A stretch of DNA of 64,000 nt from a virus. Below the pieces are notes generated by a model. That model saw nothing but the letters and a program-made list of their open reading frames with translations, searched no databases and was not told the DNA's origin. The DNA is taken from positions 64,001-128,000 of the IMG/VR virus record IMGVR_UViG_3300010885_072825; one strand, written 5' to 3'. Shown here piece by piece: positions 44,946 to 55,360 of this stretch; the first letter of the stretch is position 1; every line of letters starts with the position of its first letter. The position numbers and the translations under genes were made by a program.

Positions 44946-45800
44946 TCAGACGGCCATGGGCGCTGATATGGCTGGGTGATGTTGATAATTTAAAATTTTG
45001 ATATCACACATTTTAAAATCATCTATGTCTTTTATGTCGGGATTGAGCCAAAGTTGTGGTAATGGATAGGGTTCTCTAGTCAGTTGTTCTCGAACTTGTT
45101 CAATATGATTCTGATATATATGTTCATCTCCCACAGACACTATTAATTCACCCACAGATAAATTACATACTTGAGCAATCATATGGGTAAGCAAAGCATA
45201 TGATGCATAATTATAGCTTGCGCCTAAAAAGCCATCTTGACTTCTCTGCGTCATCATGCAGCTCAATTTACCATTAGCAACCCACATTTGGAACATGGCA
45301 TGGCACGGAGGGAGTGCCATTTCTTCTATCTCACCGGGATTATAAGCCACTACCATATGACGACGACTTGCGGGATCTTTTTTAATACCATCAATCAAAT
45401 TTTTAATTTGATCGATTCGTTCTTGACGATAATTAAACCATTGTCTCCACTGAACCGGATATATACGCCCAGTATCACCATCAAATCTGGCGTTGGGTTT
45501 CCAATAATCGGCTTGTGCGTTTGCTGTCCAAATAGTGGTTTTATTGGTTAGTTCTTGTCTAGGCTTTTCATAACGGATTTCTGCCAATCGTCGTTCGTCT
45601 GAACTACCTTCTAAAAACCAAAGTAGCTCACTTACAATACTACCCCACAACATTTTCTTTGTAGTAACTAGTGGGAAACCCTCTGATAAATCAAATCGAA
45701 TTTGTCTACCAAATACCGATAGTGTACCAACCCCAGTTCTATCCATACGATAGACACCATTATCCAATATATATTTGAGCTCATCGTGATATTGTTTCAT
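44946..45800 (-). CDS. thyA: Thymidylate synthase
   Basis: DRTGVGT, FPLVTTKK, ELLWFL, SRR, MALPPCH, QRSQD, YNYASY, HIYQNH. Confidence 0.96.
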   Translation of the reverse strand: MKQYHDELKYILDNGVYRMDRTGVGTLSVFGRQIRFDLSEGFPLVTTKKMLWGSIVSELLWFLEGSSDERRLAEIRYEKPRQELTNKTTIWTANAQADYWKPNARFDGDTGRIYPVQWRQWFNYRQERIDQIKNLIDGIKKDPASRRHMVVAYNPGEIEEMALPPCHAMFQMWVANGKLSCMMTQRSQDGFLGASYNYASYALLTHMIAQVCNLSVGELIVSVGDEHIYQNHIEQVREQLTREPYPLPQLWLNPDIKDIDDFKMCDIKILNYQHHPAISAPMAV

Positions 45801-46323
45801 TCTTTCTTGTCCAGACTTGGTATTGCTTATTTTCCAGTAATTGAGTGTCAGTTTGTTTGAAATGTTTTAGATAGGCCATCATATCTAAACTAACATCACA
45901 ATCATACATATTATTGAACACTGTAAGTTGAATGTCATTAATTATTGGATGCGCTAGTTCTAATACCTGTTTACCTCCAATGAAGTAAATTTCTTTGTCA
46001 GGATGCTCATCATGCAGAGTAACAATTGATTCAAAAAAATCACTGGGAGTAATGATAGCATCTGGTTTTACATTATCCATTGTTTCCCAACATGGACATC
46101 TACTTACAACAATGTTCATTCGGTTTGGAAGAGGTTTTCTAGAACCCAATGAATCCCAAGTCTTGCGTCCCATAACGATAATATTGTCTGTTGTGATCTG
46201 TTTGAATCTCCGTAAATCTTCTGAATCATTTGGCCAAGGCAATGCGCCATTGTTTCCCAGTCCTCCTCGAACATCAACTGCAAATATGGCATGATGCTTT
46301 TTAGAAAAGTATATGTTTGGCAT
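45781..46323 (-). CDS. folA: Dihydrofolate reductase
   Basis: LPWP..EDL..FK..T, VMGRKTWDS, PLPNR.NIVVS, FIGG. Confidence 0.93.
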   Translation of the reverse strand: MPNIYFSKKHHAIFAVDVRGGLGNNGALPWPNDSEDLRRFKQITTDNIIVMGRKTWDSLGSRKPLPNRMNIVVSRCPCWETMDNVKPDAIITPSDFFESIVTLHDEHPDKEIYFIGGKQVLELAHPIINDIQLTVFNNMYDCDVSLDMMAYLKHFKQTDTQLLENKQYQVWTRKNETISR

Positions 46324-46328
46324 TGGAT

Positions 46329-46664
46329 TTATTTTGAAGCAGTCTTTTTTGTTTTTTTAGAAGGCGCGGTTTCTATTTGCATGGTATCCATTTCTTCCAA
46401 CAATTTTTTGCTCCAACGATTCACATCTCGTTTGATTCTATTAAAATCAATTCTAAGCCTGCAACTTACAATAGAGTTTGGTGGTATTTCATGATTTTTT
46501 TCAGATTCCAACAAATCAGTGAATTCTTCTGGACTTATTGTATATTTGTCTCCAGTATTAGTAATTACTTGTACTTCTCGAATATATTTTGCGGGAGGAT
46601 TATTTTCAATTACCAAGGAGTCAAATATGTCTTTCCAAACTGGATCATTTATATATCGTGACAT
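46329..46664 (-). CDS. Hypothetical protein
   Basis: SD AGGAG; GATAAATA at 46690-46697. Confidence 0.6.
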   Translation of the reverse strand: MSRYINDPVWKDIFDSLVIENNPPAKYIREVQVITNTGDKYTISPEEFTDLLESEKNHEIPPNSIVSCRLRIDFNRIKRDVNRWSKKLLEEMDTMQIETAPSKKTKKTASK

Positions 46665-46707
46665 GGTTGTTCTCCTATTTTACACTAACTATTTATCTAT
46701 TTTTCTT

Positions 46708-47094
46708 TTATTCAACTGAAGATCCCGGCGCAATTGGCCAAACAATTTTCGTGGGATCTGGATAAGTAACTAATATATTTCTAATAGATTGTCGATATGT
46801 AGCCCATGCTGTTTTGTTTATTGTGTTAGGCACATCAGGCAATTGTGTCCAGTCTGATTGAGACAAAATGTTATTTCTCATGTTTCGTGCTTGTTCTACT
46901 GTCAATGCTGGTTGAACTGGTTTTTGAGTTATTGGTTGACCATTGGTACCCATGACAATGACATTACCGGTTGATTGATCATCTATCAAGTGTTGATAAT
47001 AATCATCTGCCAGTTCAATTACATCATCGGGCATTGAATCATGAATATCATCAGTATAAAATCCTTTGGTAGTTGGTGAATAAAAATATGTCAT
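46708..47094 (-). CDS. Tail fiber assembly chaperone
   Basis: FYSPTTKGFY..DIH..MPDD, RNNILSQSDWTQLPD, WATYRQ..R, WP.AP. Confidence 0.82.
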   Translation of the reverse strand: MTYFYSPTTKGFYTDDIHDSMPDDVIELADDYYQHLIDDQSTGNVIVMGTNGQPITQKPVQPALTVEQARNMRNNILSQSDWTQLPDVPNTINKTAWATYRQSIRNILVTYPDPTKIVWPIAPGSSVE

Positions 47095-47108
47095 AAATTC
47101 TCCGATAA

Positions 47109-47762
47109 TTATCTAAAATCACTATAATCACTTGCTGACTCAACTTGCAATATTACATTGTTAGTTGACACTACTGCTGAATCTGATATACGTCGTATAT
47201 TGATTCTCAAATTAACTTCGCGATAACGATCCACATTTCTACCAGCTGCCACAAACAAACTGTATGATATGGCACTAGCTGATCCCAAATTATACCAAGT
47301 ATCAGGCTGGTAAGTACCATATAAAGAATTTATAGTGGCACCTGTTTCAGTAGTACTGGTCACAATTTGTGCTTGTATTTGGTAATTCGCAGCATTATCC
47401 CCAGTGGGATTCCATTCATTAGTATATACCGTTTCTGAACCAGTGTCACCAGAATCTCTCACTATCACTGATCCAGCGGGATAACTGGAATATCCTGAAT
47501 TTACGTATATAATACTGGATTGCGCATTGCCAGGCCAAGTTACAAATGAATAAACCAAGTGTGGTGCTAGAACCACGGGCATTGGGCCGTCACTTCCACC
47601 GCCCCCGCCACCACCGCCGCCGCCTGATGACACTGAATTCCAAGCTGACCCATCCCATGCACCCATGTCACTAGCAACCCATGATGTACCATTCCAAACA
47701 TAAAGCTGTGCAGTATGCCATGAACCAGTGCCAGAATTAGTAGAGTAATTAATTTGTGCCAT
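47109..47762 (-). CDS. Putative tail adhesin (Trp-rich N-terminus, poly-Gly linker, beta domain)
   Basis: Start reassigned to ATG 47762 (TAATG overlap with the fiber stop); WHTAQLYVWNGTSW..GAWDGSAW followed by SS-poly-G-SD. Confidence 0.6.
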   Translation of the reverse strand: MAQINYSTNSGTGSWHTAQLYVWNGTSWVASDMGAWDGSAWNSVSSGGGGGGGGGGSDGPMPVVLAPHLVYSFVTWPGNAQSSIIYVNSGYSSYPAGSVIVRDSGDTGSETVYTNEWNPTGDNAANYQIQAQIVTSTTETGATINSLYGTYQPDTWYNLGSASAISYSLFVAAGRNVDRYREVNLRINIRRISDSAVVSTNNVILQVESASDYSDFR

Positions 47763-50700
47763 TAGTATCCAACTGCAATATATGTATATGGACGCAATCC
47801 ATAAGATGACGTCTGAGCATAGTGTGTTTGTACTCCACATCCTGAATTACTTAATCCAAAATACTGTATCACAACCATAGCGCCACTAGTGTTACAAGTT
47901 GCTGTTACAGAAAACACAGTATTTGGGAATGTGATTGGAAAAGTGATAGTACCATTACCACCACCATCCGTAGTCCCTTGACCCCATTGAATGATGCAGC
48001 CACCAGGTAATGTAACATAACCATTACCGGTCAATGATTGAGCACCGCCTCCGCTGCCTGATGTATTGATCCAAATGTCACCAGCAGCACTGGCAGTGGG
48101 AGTAGATCCCGTAATGAATACTTGCCCTCCGGAAGTATAGCCAGCAGTAACATTTCTCAATACCGGACTATTAGCTGTGGTTACGATACTAGTAGTATCT
48201 GAACTACTAATACTAGCTGAACCAGATACTGCACCTGCCAACGCAATGGTTTTTCCAGTTATATATCCTTTGACAGCATATTGGGTGGGTGCAGTTGTGT
48301 GATCATAGCTAGCATTGACATGTGTTAGTGAAGGATCGTCGCTGACTTCCTGCAATTGAACTCCAGCTACGACGCCATTCCTAGAAAATGGACCAATTTC
48401 ACTAATACCACTCAAATTAATATTATTGGCGTTTAGTGTGATTGTACCAGTAGCAAAATCCACCCCAAAATAAGGACCAACTGAAAAATTACCAGTATTG
48501 TCAATTGTCACATAGTAGACTTTACCAGGATAATCTGAAATAGTCTTTTGCGTTAAATCTGGCACACCACCATAGGCTGGCAATGCATTAAATGTGACTC
48601 CAGATCCAGGATATTCTAACGCCAAACTACCAGTACTGATGTAACTCACATTATAAAATGCAACGGTTGTTCCAGAGCTGACACTTACGATTGCTGGTTG
48701 AATTTGCACATCATAAGTTGTACCACTTACCAGTGTGGCTGCAATCACATTATAAAACACGCTATTGATTAATGCACTGGTACCATTTTGCGGTTTGTTA
48801 GAAAGTCCACTAATTCTCAACACGTTTGGAGATTGTAAGATAACCGTTCCTGTTGCGCTTGTACCAGATCCAGCAGCAAAACTTACTGAAGGAACTGATG
48901 TATAATTCGATCCACTGGTGTTCATTTGAACAGTGCTGACGCCACCCAGATTTACTATTGCGTTGCCTGATGCTCCAGAACCGCCGCCGCCACTGAATGA
49001 AACCGGGAAATTAGCAGAATATCCTGATCCAGCAACATCAATCCTGACACCAGCCACCGTGGAATTGTATGTATTTGCTACTGTACCGGAAGCATATGCC
49101 ACGGGGTAATATCCACTTGCTCTAATTCCCTGTGTTCCAAAATCCACCACACTATTGGAAATATTGGCTACACCTCCAGATCTAGCCCAAAATCCCACGC
49201 TGGAGAAAGTAGTAAAGCAACTGACGAACTGTGCATAACCTTTATTGATAATCAAATGCCCAATACCACCTTGGTTAATTTGGGTATAACTATCACATAC
49301 CATACTGGTTATAACAGACGCATTACTTAATACTTGTCCATCAATTCTAGTACCGGATCCTGCCCCATTGGGATTGACCGCAGTAAATCCAGAACCAGGC
49401 GCTGAAATATTATATGGTGGTAGAGTAGTAATCAATTTACCTGTAGTATCATATGGGCCAGTAATACTAGAACAATTCTGTATATATGGAGATACCGTAA
49501 TAGTTAATGGAGTTGGTGGAGGAACACTAACCGTTGGTACGAAGGAATATTTACTACCACTATTAGTTATTGTAAAACTACCGATTATATTTGCTACGAC
49601 GGTGGCTATTGCTGTTGCTCCTACACCCGTAACATCACTTATTGTAACAAATGCTCCAGTACCAGTGGTATATCCAGACCCAGGAGTTACTACATTGATT
49701 GCAGTAATAACACCACCTACGGTACGTACCGTCAACACTGCATCATCTGATGTTATACTTCCACTAGCAGTAGCAGTTGGACTAGTGTATCCAGATCCTC
49801 CGGAGGTCACTGTGACTACTTGAATACCAGTTACCAAGTTAGCAGTTGCAGTAGCTTGTACTCCGGTTAAATCTACCGGAGGTTCAATGAATACCGCGGG
49901 AGCAACTGAATAGCTGCCCGGTGACCAAGCCGCAGATATTGAACTTACGATACCTGATCCCGTTACCAAGTTACCACTCATTGTTGGCAAACCAATTGCA
50001 CAACGGAATGCCACAGCAGCAGCAGGCGCTTGATGATCCCTAACAGTAAACCCATAAAAGTAGGTTGCCGAATCAGTATGGAACACATCTAATTGCGGAT
50101 ATAGTGGACGAACCGTAACTCGGCGCAGGTTATCTCCCACTATACTGACTCTAGCTGGAACATAAAGCGGATTAGCTTCGGTGTAATCACCACTGGCCAA
50201 TATGATTGTGTCGCCAGCTGCCACAGCGGCTAATGCTGCTTTTATTGTTCGATAGGGTTTGTTGACTGTGCCATTATTAGCATCATTACCGGCGGTGGAA
50301 ACATAAAGTCTATTAGATACCGTGGCATCTGCACTGTACAGTGGTACTTGTCGTATTGGAGTTCCGCCAGAACTGTTTGTAAAATAAAAATCTACTCCAT
50401 CAAATTCCACAGCTCCCAATTGAGGTGTGGCAGTTAATGTGCCAATTTGATAAGTCATTGGTGCTGTATTTGCAGTACCACCACCTATTGTTACTGGACC
50501 AGAAAACAGAGATTTTCCTGAAACAGCCAATTGGTTACTGGTTGGGGCAGTATTGATCCCCAACTGATTAAATTGTGCTCTATTACTGTATATGTTTGCA
50601 AAACGTTGTGAAGTAGATCCCAAATTTCTAGTATTATCAGAATCTGGCAAGTTATTTTGATTACTCTTAAATAAAGTGGAATCACCAATAATTGTTGTAC

Positions 50701-51334
50701 CAGAAACAGTGCTTTTGAAATTAATACCAGGATAAATTTTATTGTCATTGGCAATGCCCGTAAACCCAGCTACAACCGGGTTTGGTAAAAATGCGGCATC
50801 CTTGCTTATAATAGCAAACAATGTTCCACCAATCACTACTCGCCATACCTGATGACTTGTTCCTCCAGCATCAATTAACAAAACTGCATCAATTACACTG
50901 TGAGTTGGAACAGAAGTCGCAATAGGATCTGTGTTAACTGCTGATCCTTCGGGACCAACGAGTAACCAACTAGAGCCATTCCAAATATTCAGCTGTTGGT
51001 TTATAGTATCATACCAAAGAGACCCTGGACTGTTACCTGATGTTGGAGCAGTGGCTTGACTTATGACGCCACCAGTAGTTGCCCAAGCAGAACCATTCCA
51101 AACTTTTAGAAGCAATATGTTAGTATCATACCAAAGTTGTCCAACTAGTGGATTTTCAGGAGCTGTCAATCCTCCAAAATTTTCAAGTATCCAAATCAAA
51201 CCTTCCATTACGGTTTCACCATAGGGTTGATAGGATTTACCAGGTATTTTTATTGAAGCATGACTTGCATCTACCGTTCCATCTGCTACTTGTGTTAATA
51301 GTGTACCATCGAATTTAAATATATTGGTTGCCAT
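47762..51334 (-). CDS. Long tail fiber or tailspike with beta-helix-like and repeat domains
   Basis: N-terminal P.NPLVGQLWYD anchor; YVSTAGND..NG...PYRTIKAAL beta-helix start; xxGSGY repeats; C-terminal GYVTLPGGCIIQWG domain. Confidence 0.85.
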   Translation of the reverse strand: MATNIFKFDGTLLTQVADGTVDASHASIKIPGKSYQPYGETVMEGLIWILENFGGLTAPENPLVGQLWYDTNILLLKVWNGSAWATTGGVISQATAPTSGNSPGSLWYDTINQQLNIWNGSSWLLVGPEGSAVNTDPIATSVPTHSVIDAVLLIDAGGTSHQVWRVVIGGTLFAIISKDAAFLPNPVVAGFTGIANDNKIYPGINFKSTVSGTTIIGDSTLFKSNQNNLPDSDNTRNLGSTSQRFANIYSNRAQFNQLGINTAPTSNQLAVSGKSLFSGPVTIGGGTANTAPMTYQIGTLTATPQLGAVEFDGVDFYFTNSSGGTPIRQVPLYSADATVSNRLYVSTAGNDANNGTVNKPYRTIKAALAAVAAGDTIILASGDYTEANPLYVPARVSIVGDNLRRVTVRPLYPQLDVFHTDSATYFYGFTVRDHQAPAAAVAFRCAIGLPTMSGNLVTGSGIVSSISAAWSPGSYSVAPAVFIEPPVDLTGVQATATANLVTGIQVVTVTSGGSGYTSPTATASGSITSDDAVLTVRTVGGVITAINVVTPGSGYTTGTGAFVTISDVTGVGATAIATVVANIIGSFTITNSGSKYSFVPTVSVPPPTPLTITVSPYIQNCSSITGPYDTTGKLITTLPPYNISAPGSGFTAVNPNGAGSGTRIDGQVLSNASVITSMVCDSYTQINQGGIGHLIINKGYAQFVSCFTTFSSVGFWARSGGVANISNSVVDFGTQGIRASGYYPVAYASGTVANTYNSTVAGVRIDVAGSGYSANFPVSFSGGGGSGASGNAIVNLGGVSTVQMNTSGSNYTSVPSVSFAAGSGTSATGTVILQSPNVLRISGLSNKPQNGTSALINSVFYNVIAATLVSGTTYDVQIQPAIVSVSSGTTVAFYNVSYISTGSLALEYPGSGVTFNALPAYGGVPDLTQKTISDYPGKVYYVTIDNTGNFSVGPYFGVDFATGTITLNANNINLSGISEIGPFSRNGVVAGVQLQEVSDDPSLTHVNASYDHTTAPTQYAVKGYITGKTIALAGAVSGSASISSSDTTSIVTTANSPVLRNVTAGYTSGGQVFITGSTPTASAAGDIWINTSGSGGGAQSLTGNGYVTLPGGCIIQWGQGTTDGGGNGTITFPITFPNTVFSVTATCNTSGAMVVIQYFGLSNSGCGVQTHYAQTSSYGLRPYTYIAVGY

Positions 51335-51361
51335 TCAGTCTACCATTTTTGAGTTGTCAAT

Positions 51362-51393
51362 TATTTATCAATCGGTGATCTATTGGATAAATA
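51362..51393. promoter_or_regulatory. Back-to-back divergent late promoters
   Basis: GATAAATA on minus (51362-51369) and on plus (51386-51393) between divergent structural genes. Confidence 0.7.
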
Positions 51394-51412
51394 GTTGAAA
51401 GAGAGCAAAGAC

Positions 51413-51622
51413 ATGAGTGAATTCCAAGGCGAATATTATACCCAATCAGACGATAATTATGAAATGGCAAATATAAAAGATACTAGAAAGCCACGACTTA
51501 CGTTAAAACATTTGAATAAACTTAAAAAAATGCGTGAAGCACAGGATTTAGAAAATCTAATTCGCGCAGATTTTTTGGAAATTATATATGGTACCCCACC
51601 TGAAAATACAGGAGGATTTTAA
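51413..51622 (+). CDS. Small late hypothetical protein
   Basis: DTRKPRLTLKHLNKLKKMRE; TAATG coupling to the next gene. Confidence 0.6.
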   Translation: MSEFQGEYYTQSDDNYEMANIKDTRKPRLTLKHLNKLKKMREAQDLENLIRADFLEIIYGTPPENTGGF

Positions 51623-52614
51623 TGTCTTATAATTTAACCAAATCGAATGGTACACCATTTCTAGTTATTGCTGATTCAACGACCGACAATACTTCCACCA
51701 GTTTGACACTTGTTGGAAAAAATTCAGTTAATTTCGGACTAGCAGTCAACCAAAATTTTATCAACATGATGCAAAATTTTGCAAACAATACAAGTCCCGT
51801 CAAACCATTAGTAGGGCAGCTTTGGTATGACATGGTGTCCCAACAATTAAAAATTTATTCTGGTACCAATTGGCAAGCTTTAGTACCAAGTTGGGATGGT
51901 ATTGCAGGCACGATTGTTACTATAGCAAATAATGTTGAAATAACTTGTATTTTGAGTCAAGGTATTATTGTTGCAGTTGTGAGCCACCAATCAATTGATC
52001 GGGCTGATTTACAAACATCCATCGTGTTAAATGGTATTACTTATGACTTTGGTGCTAGATTCCCTAATGGTATTAAACCTGGGTTCACATTAGCAACTGA
52101 CACAAATGGTTATCAACTAGTTGGATCAGCAAGTTCAGCAACCCAATGGACCAAACCTGTTACTGCTACATTCAATGGTGCAATAACTGGTACAATGACC
52201 ATACAAGGTGGATCAAATATCACAGTCGCAACCAGTCTACCCAACCACTGGACTCCAAATACTTATACCAAAGTTATAGTATCAGGCAATGGATTGGTAA
52301 CTGGAGGCAATGTAACTTTAAATAGTTCTGATATTACAACTGCATTGACATATGTTCCTGTAAGCAATGTTGCAATAACCGGCTCTATTACAGGAAATGC
52401 AGTTGTTGATTCAAATGGTCTAGCCACTATTATAACACAAAGCACTGGTATGGTCAATGTGGGGGATATTATACTCACAACAAATAGTTCAATCCCAGCT
52501 GGATGGGCAGTATGTAATGGACAAACAGTATCAACGCCAACTGGTTCTGTTGTCACACCAAATCTTGCCAACGTTGTAGTTGGTTCTACTCGGTATATAA
52601 TGCGAACATATTGA
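51622..52614 (+). CDS. Baseplate or short fiber structural protein
   Basis: TSLTLVGKN..NFG...NF..MMQNFA...P.KPLVGQLWYD (paralogous to the fiber N-terminus); collar-like IPAGWAVCNG..PNL. Confidence 0.75.
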   Translation: MSYNLTKSNGTPFLVIADSTTDNTSTSLTLVGKNSVNFGLAVNQNFINMMQNFANNTSPVKPLVGQLWYDMVSQQLKIYSGTNWQALVPSWDGIAGTIVTIANNVEITCILSQGIIVAVVSHQSIDRADLQTSIVLNGITYDFGARFPNGIKPGFTLATDTNGYQLVGSASSATQWTKPVTATFNGAITGTMTIQGGSNITVATSLPNHWTPNTYTKVIVSGNGLVTGGNVTLNSSDITTALTYVPVSNVAITGSITGNAVVDSNGLATIITQSTGMVNVGDIILTTNSSIPAGWAVCNGQTVSTPTGSVVTPNLANVVVGSTRYIMRTY

Positions 52615-52704
52615 AAAAGCGCATTTTTAAAGCGTTTTTTACAATGTTTTCAATATAGTCATAAATAGTGTTTGAGTCTGTAACACTATTTAAAGGAGAC
52701 GCAA

Positions 52705-53670
52705 ATGAGTAAAGGTAAACTAGAACAAGTTCTAGAATATTTGATGAATGACCAAGAAGATCAAGCCAAAGCTTTGATACATGAAATATTTCTAGAAAAA
52801 GCTCGTGCAATTCATGAATCCATGATGGAAGATGAAGACGAAATGGGCGGCGATGAAGAAGATGATTTCAAAAAGGACATCAAAGCTGGTGGTCATTCAG
52901 ATGCTACTGAAGAGTTTGAAGAATTTGACGACGAAATTGAAAATGAAGAAATCAATATGGAATCCGAAGAAGATGATGAATTCTATTCAGATGATGAATC
53001 AGCTGATATGGATGATGGCATGGAAATGGATTCTGATGACATGGAGATGTCAGATGAAGACGGAGACATGGATGGTGAATATGGCGAAATCAACGACAAG
53101 ATCGAGGATTTGGAACTTGCGCTTGATGCACTAAAGGCAGCATTCTCAGACATCAATGATGCCGACGAGGATGACATGACAGATGTCGACATGGCTGATA
53201 ATGATGAAGACGAAGAAGTTGAGCATTCAGAAATGGATGACGATGAATTTGAAGACATGCTGGAAAGCTTAAACCTAGAAGTCTATGACGCTGACATCTA
53301 CAAAAGCGGTAAAGCTGTTGGTGAAATCGGCGCTGGTAAATATGCCAAAGTCAAAGGCACAAGCGAAAGTCCTGTTCCAAAATCACAAACCAGCCGCAAT
53401 GGTGCTGGTCCAGTGAAATTTGATCGTGGTTCCAAAGTAACAGGATATCCTGAATGGGAAGACAAGGTTGGTTACGACAAAGCTGTTGCCAAAGAACTGA
53501 AGCACGGTGGTGATAACCGTCGTAAACGTGCAGAATCTGGTATGGAAGACCTCGAAGGCGCAAAGTATGGCCAAACAAAGAAAATGGGTTCTAAGATTGA
53601 ATCCACCAAGTCTGAATTTGGTATTAAAGACCATTCAGCTTCACCATTTACAAAAACCCGTAAAATGTAA
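52705..53670 (+). CDS. Highly acidic late protein, scaffold/prohead-core-like
   Basis: D/E-rich centre, IHES and MLES motifs; CATAAATA at 52660-52667; SD AAGGAG. Confidence 0.6.
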   Translation: MSKGKLEQVLEYLMNDQEDQAKALIHEIFLEKARAIHESMMEDEDEMGGDEEDDFKKDIKAGGHSDATEEFEEFDDEIENEEINMESEEDDEFYSDDESADMDDGMEMDSDDMEMSDEDGDMDGEYGEINDKIEDLELALDALKAAFSDINDADEDDMTDVDMADNDEDEEVEHSEMDDDEFEDMLESLNLEVYDADIYKSGKAVGEIGAGKYAKVKGTSESPVPKSQTSRNGAGPVKFDRGSKVTGYPEWEDKVGYDKAVAKELKHGGDNRRKRAESGMEDLEGAKYGQTKKMGSKIESTKSEFGIKDHSASPFTKTRKM

Positions 53671-53694
53671 TTATTGAAGAAGATTAATTAAATT

Positions 53695-53725
53695 AATGAG
53701 CAGGAGTTTTCCTGCTCATTTTTTT
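53695..53725. terminator. Intrinsic terminator between convergent genes
   Basis: AATGAGCAGGA-GTTT-TCCTGCTCATTTTTTT. Confidence 0.8.
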
Positions 53726-55359
53726 CATAATTCTACACGCCATAAACCAGCGGCAACAGTCTTGGGAACCACATTTGCCCAATAATCATCAAACTCTAAA
53801 ATATTACTGTTGAATAAATTTTTCACATAATGTTTGCCGGTCGCAGCTGATGAATTAAAACTGATCACCCAAGATGTACCATTATATTCAATTATATCAT
53901 TTTCTGAAGCAGCGATTTGCCAATTTTGATTATTTACTTGTATTGATTCCAACAACAAGTATCTCTGCCCTAATGAAGCAATTGCCAATCCAGTACCTGG
54001 TATTACTTTATTGGGATCAATCACTGACAATACCGGATTCAAATTAGTGGCGGGAAGACTCGTGGGATTAATATTCCATGTCAATTTATTTTGATCAACA
54101 GCATCAATATCTATCCAACCTTCAATTTGGTAATCAGATTGAACTACATCAACCGCATCTAATATTTTAACTTTGCTGGCGGCCGCAGAGTATTGTTGAT
54201 AAGTTTTCATATTACCATATGCCAACAATGTTCTATACCAAGAAATGGTTCCTCCGGGATAAACACCTGTAGATAATCCTAGGCTACTCAAAGGCGCTCC
54301 TAATCCATCTACAAATTGATTGTCTCCGCCAGTTGAATTAATGAAACATATTTTATTACCAACTTGATTTACTGAAAACAACGTGTTAACCAAACTAGCA
54401 TTGAATGATTTAATTACAGCTTCAATGTCAGTCGATGAAACTGTAAGTGTGATACCATTAAATTCAAAACTAGTTCCTATCACTAATAGTGGATTCAATT
54501 TGGAAAATGTCCAGGTTGGTAATTGGCCAGGATCAGTTGGATCTCCATTTGATGTAATTGATAATGAATATACCAGTGATGAAATTTGACTAATAACCAG
54601 TGAATAATCACCAGGTGTGACCACGGTTTGATGCAGAAATTCAGTGGTATCCCATTCCATGTTATTTGGATCAAAGGTGCCTTCTGATATGTTGACAATT
54701 ATTTCTTCAATCAATTTTTGTGTTTTTATTTTGGCTGGAGGATTCAACCAAATTGGCACCTTAAATTTCAACGTTGATATGTCAATTGGCGTTTCTGTTC
54801 CCTGCGGAATAGTAACACTTGTCCAAGATATGGAATCAGTTAGTTCAATACTAGACAACATGGTCCAATCCAGTGGATTCATGCTGGTTTGAAAATCAAT
54901 ACGTGGGTTATACAATACTAATATTTGTTCCAGAAGTTGTTCTTTGATGTCAATATTATTAGTCCATATGCTGACATCAAAAGTCAAGTCATAAGGGACC
55001 GGCATATATTTTTCAATAGTATATCGATTGCCTATTTGACTGGTATATCTCTGTTGTTCTTCATCATAGTATCGTTCATTTACTTGAGTAGTTTCCACAA
55101 ATGTTGGGTTTTGCCGACGTTCACCACTCATTGAAAAATTTTCAATATAACAAGTTATGAATGGACAAGTAAGCATTGTATTTTCACTATTGCCTTTTAT
55201 AATAGATGCTGCAATACGAGTTTGTTCTCCATATCGACAAGGGACACGTCGCAATTCTGGGTTCGGTCCATTAGCACCAAACTGAACACTGAAATTACTG
55301 AATGCTCTAACAAACTGTAGCCTATATTGTCTTATTTGTGAATTATACCAAAAATCCAT
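53725..55359 (-). CDS. T4 gp15-like tail terminator/sheath stabilizer with C-terminal extension
   Basis: FWY..QIRQY..QF.RAFSNF, VPCRYG, MPVPYDL.F.V.IW, QLLEQIL..YNP. Confidence 0.78.
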   Translation of the reverse strand: MDFWYNSQIRQYRLQFVRAFSNFSVQFGANGPNPELRRVPCRYGEQTRIAASIIKGNSENTMLTCPFITCYIENFSMSGERRQNPTFVETTQVNERYYDEEQQRYTSQIGNRYTIEKYMPVPYDLTFDVSIWTNNIDIKEQLLEQILVLYNPRIDFQTSMNPLDWTMLSSIELTDSISWTSVTIPQGTETPIDISTLKFKVPIWLNPPAKIKTQKLIEEIIVNISEGTFDPNNMEWDTTEFLHQTVVTPGDYSLVISQISSLVYSLSITSNGDPTDPGQLPTWTFSKLNPLLVIGTSFEFNGITLTVSSTDIEAVIKSFNASLVNTLFSVNQVGNKICFINSTGGDNQFVDGLGAPLSSLGLSTGVYPGGTISWYRTLLAYGNMKTYQQYSAAASKVKILDAVDVVQSDYQIEGWIDIDAVDQNKLTWNINPTSLPATNLNPVLSVIDPNKVIPGTGLAIASLGQRYLLLESIQVNNQNWQIAASENDIIEYNGTSWVISFNSSAATGKHYVKNLFNSNILEFDDYWANVVPKTVAAGLWRVEL

Positions 55360-55360
55360 T

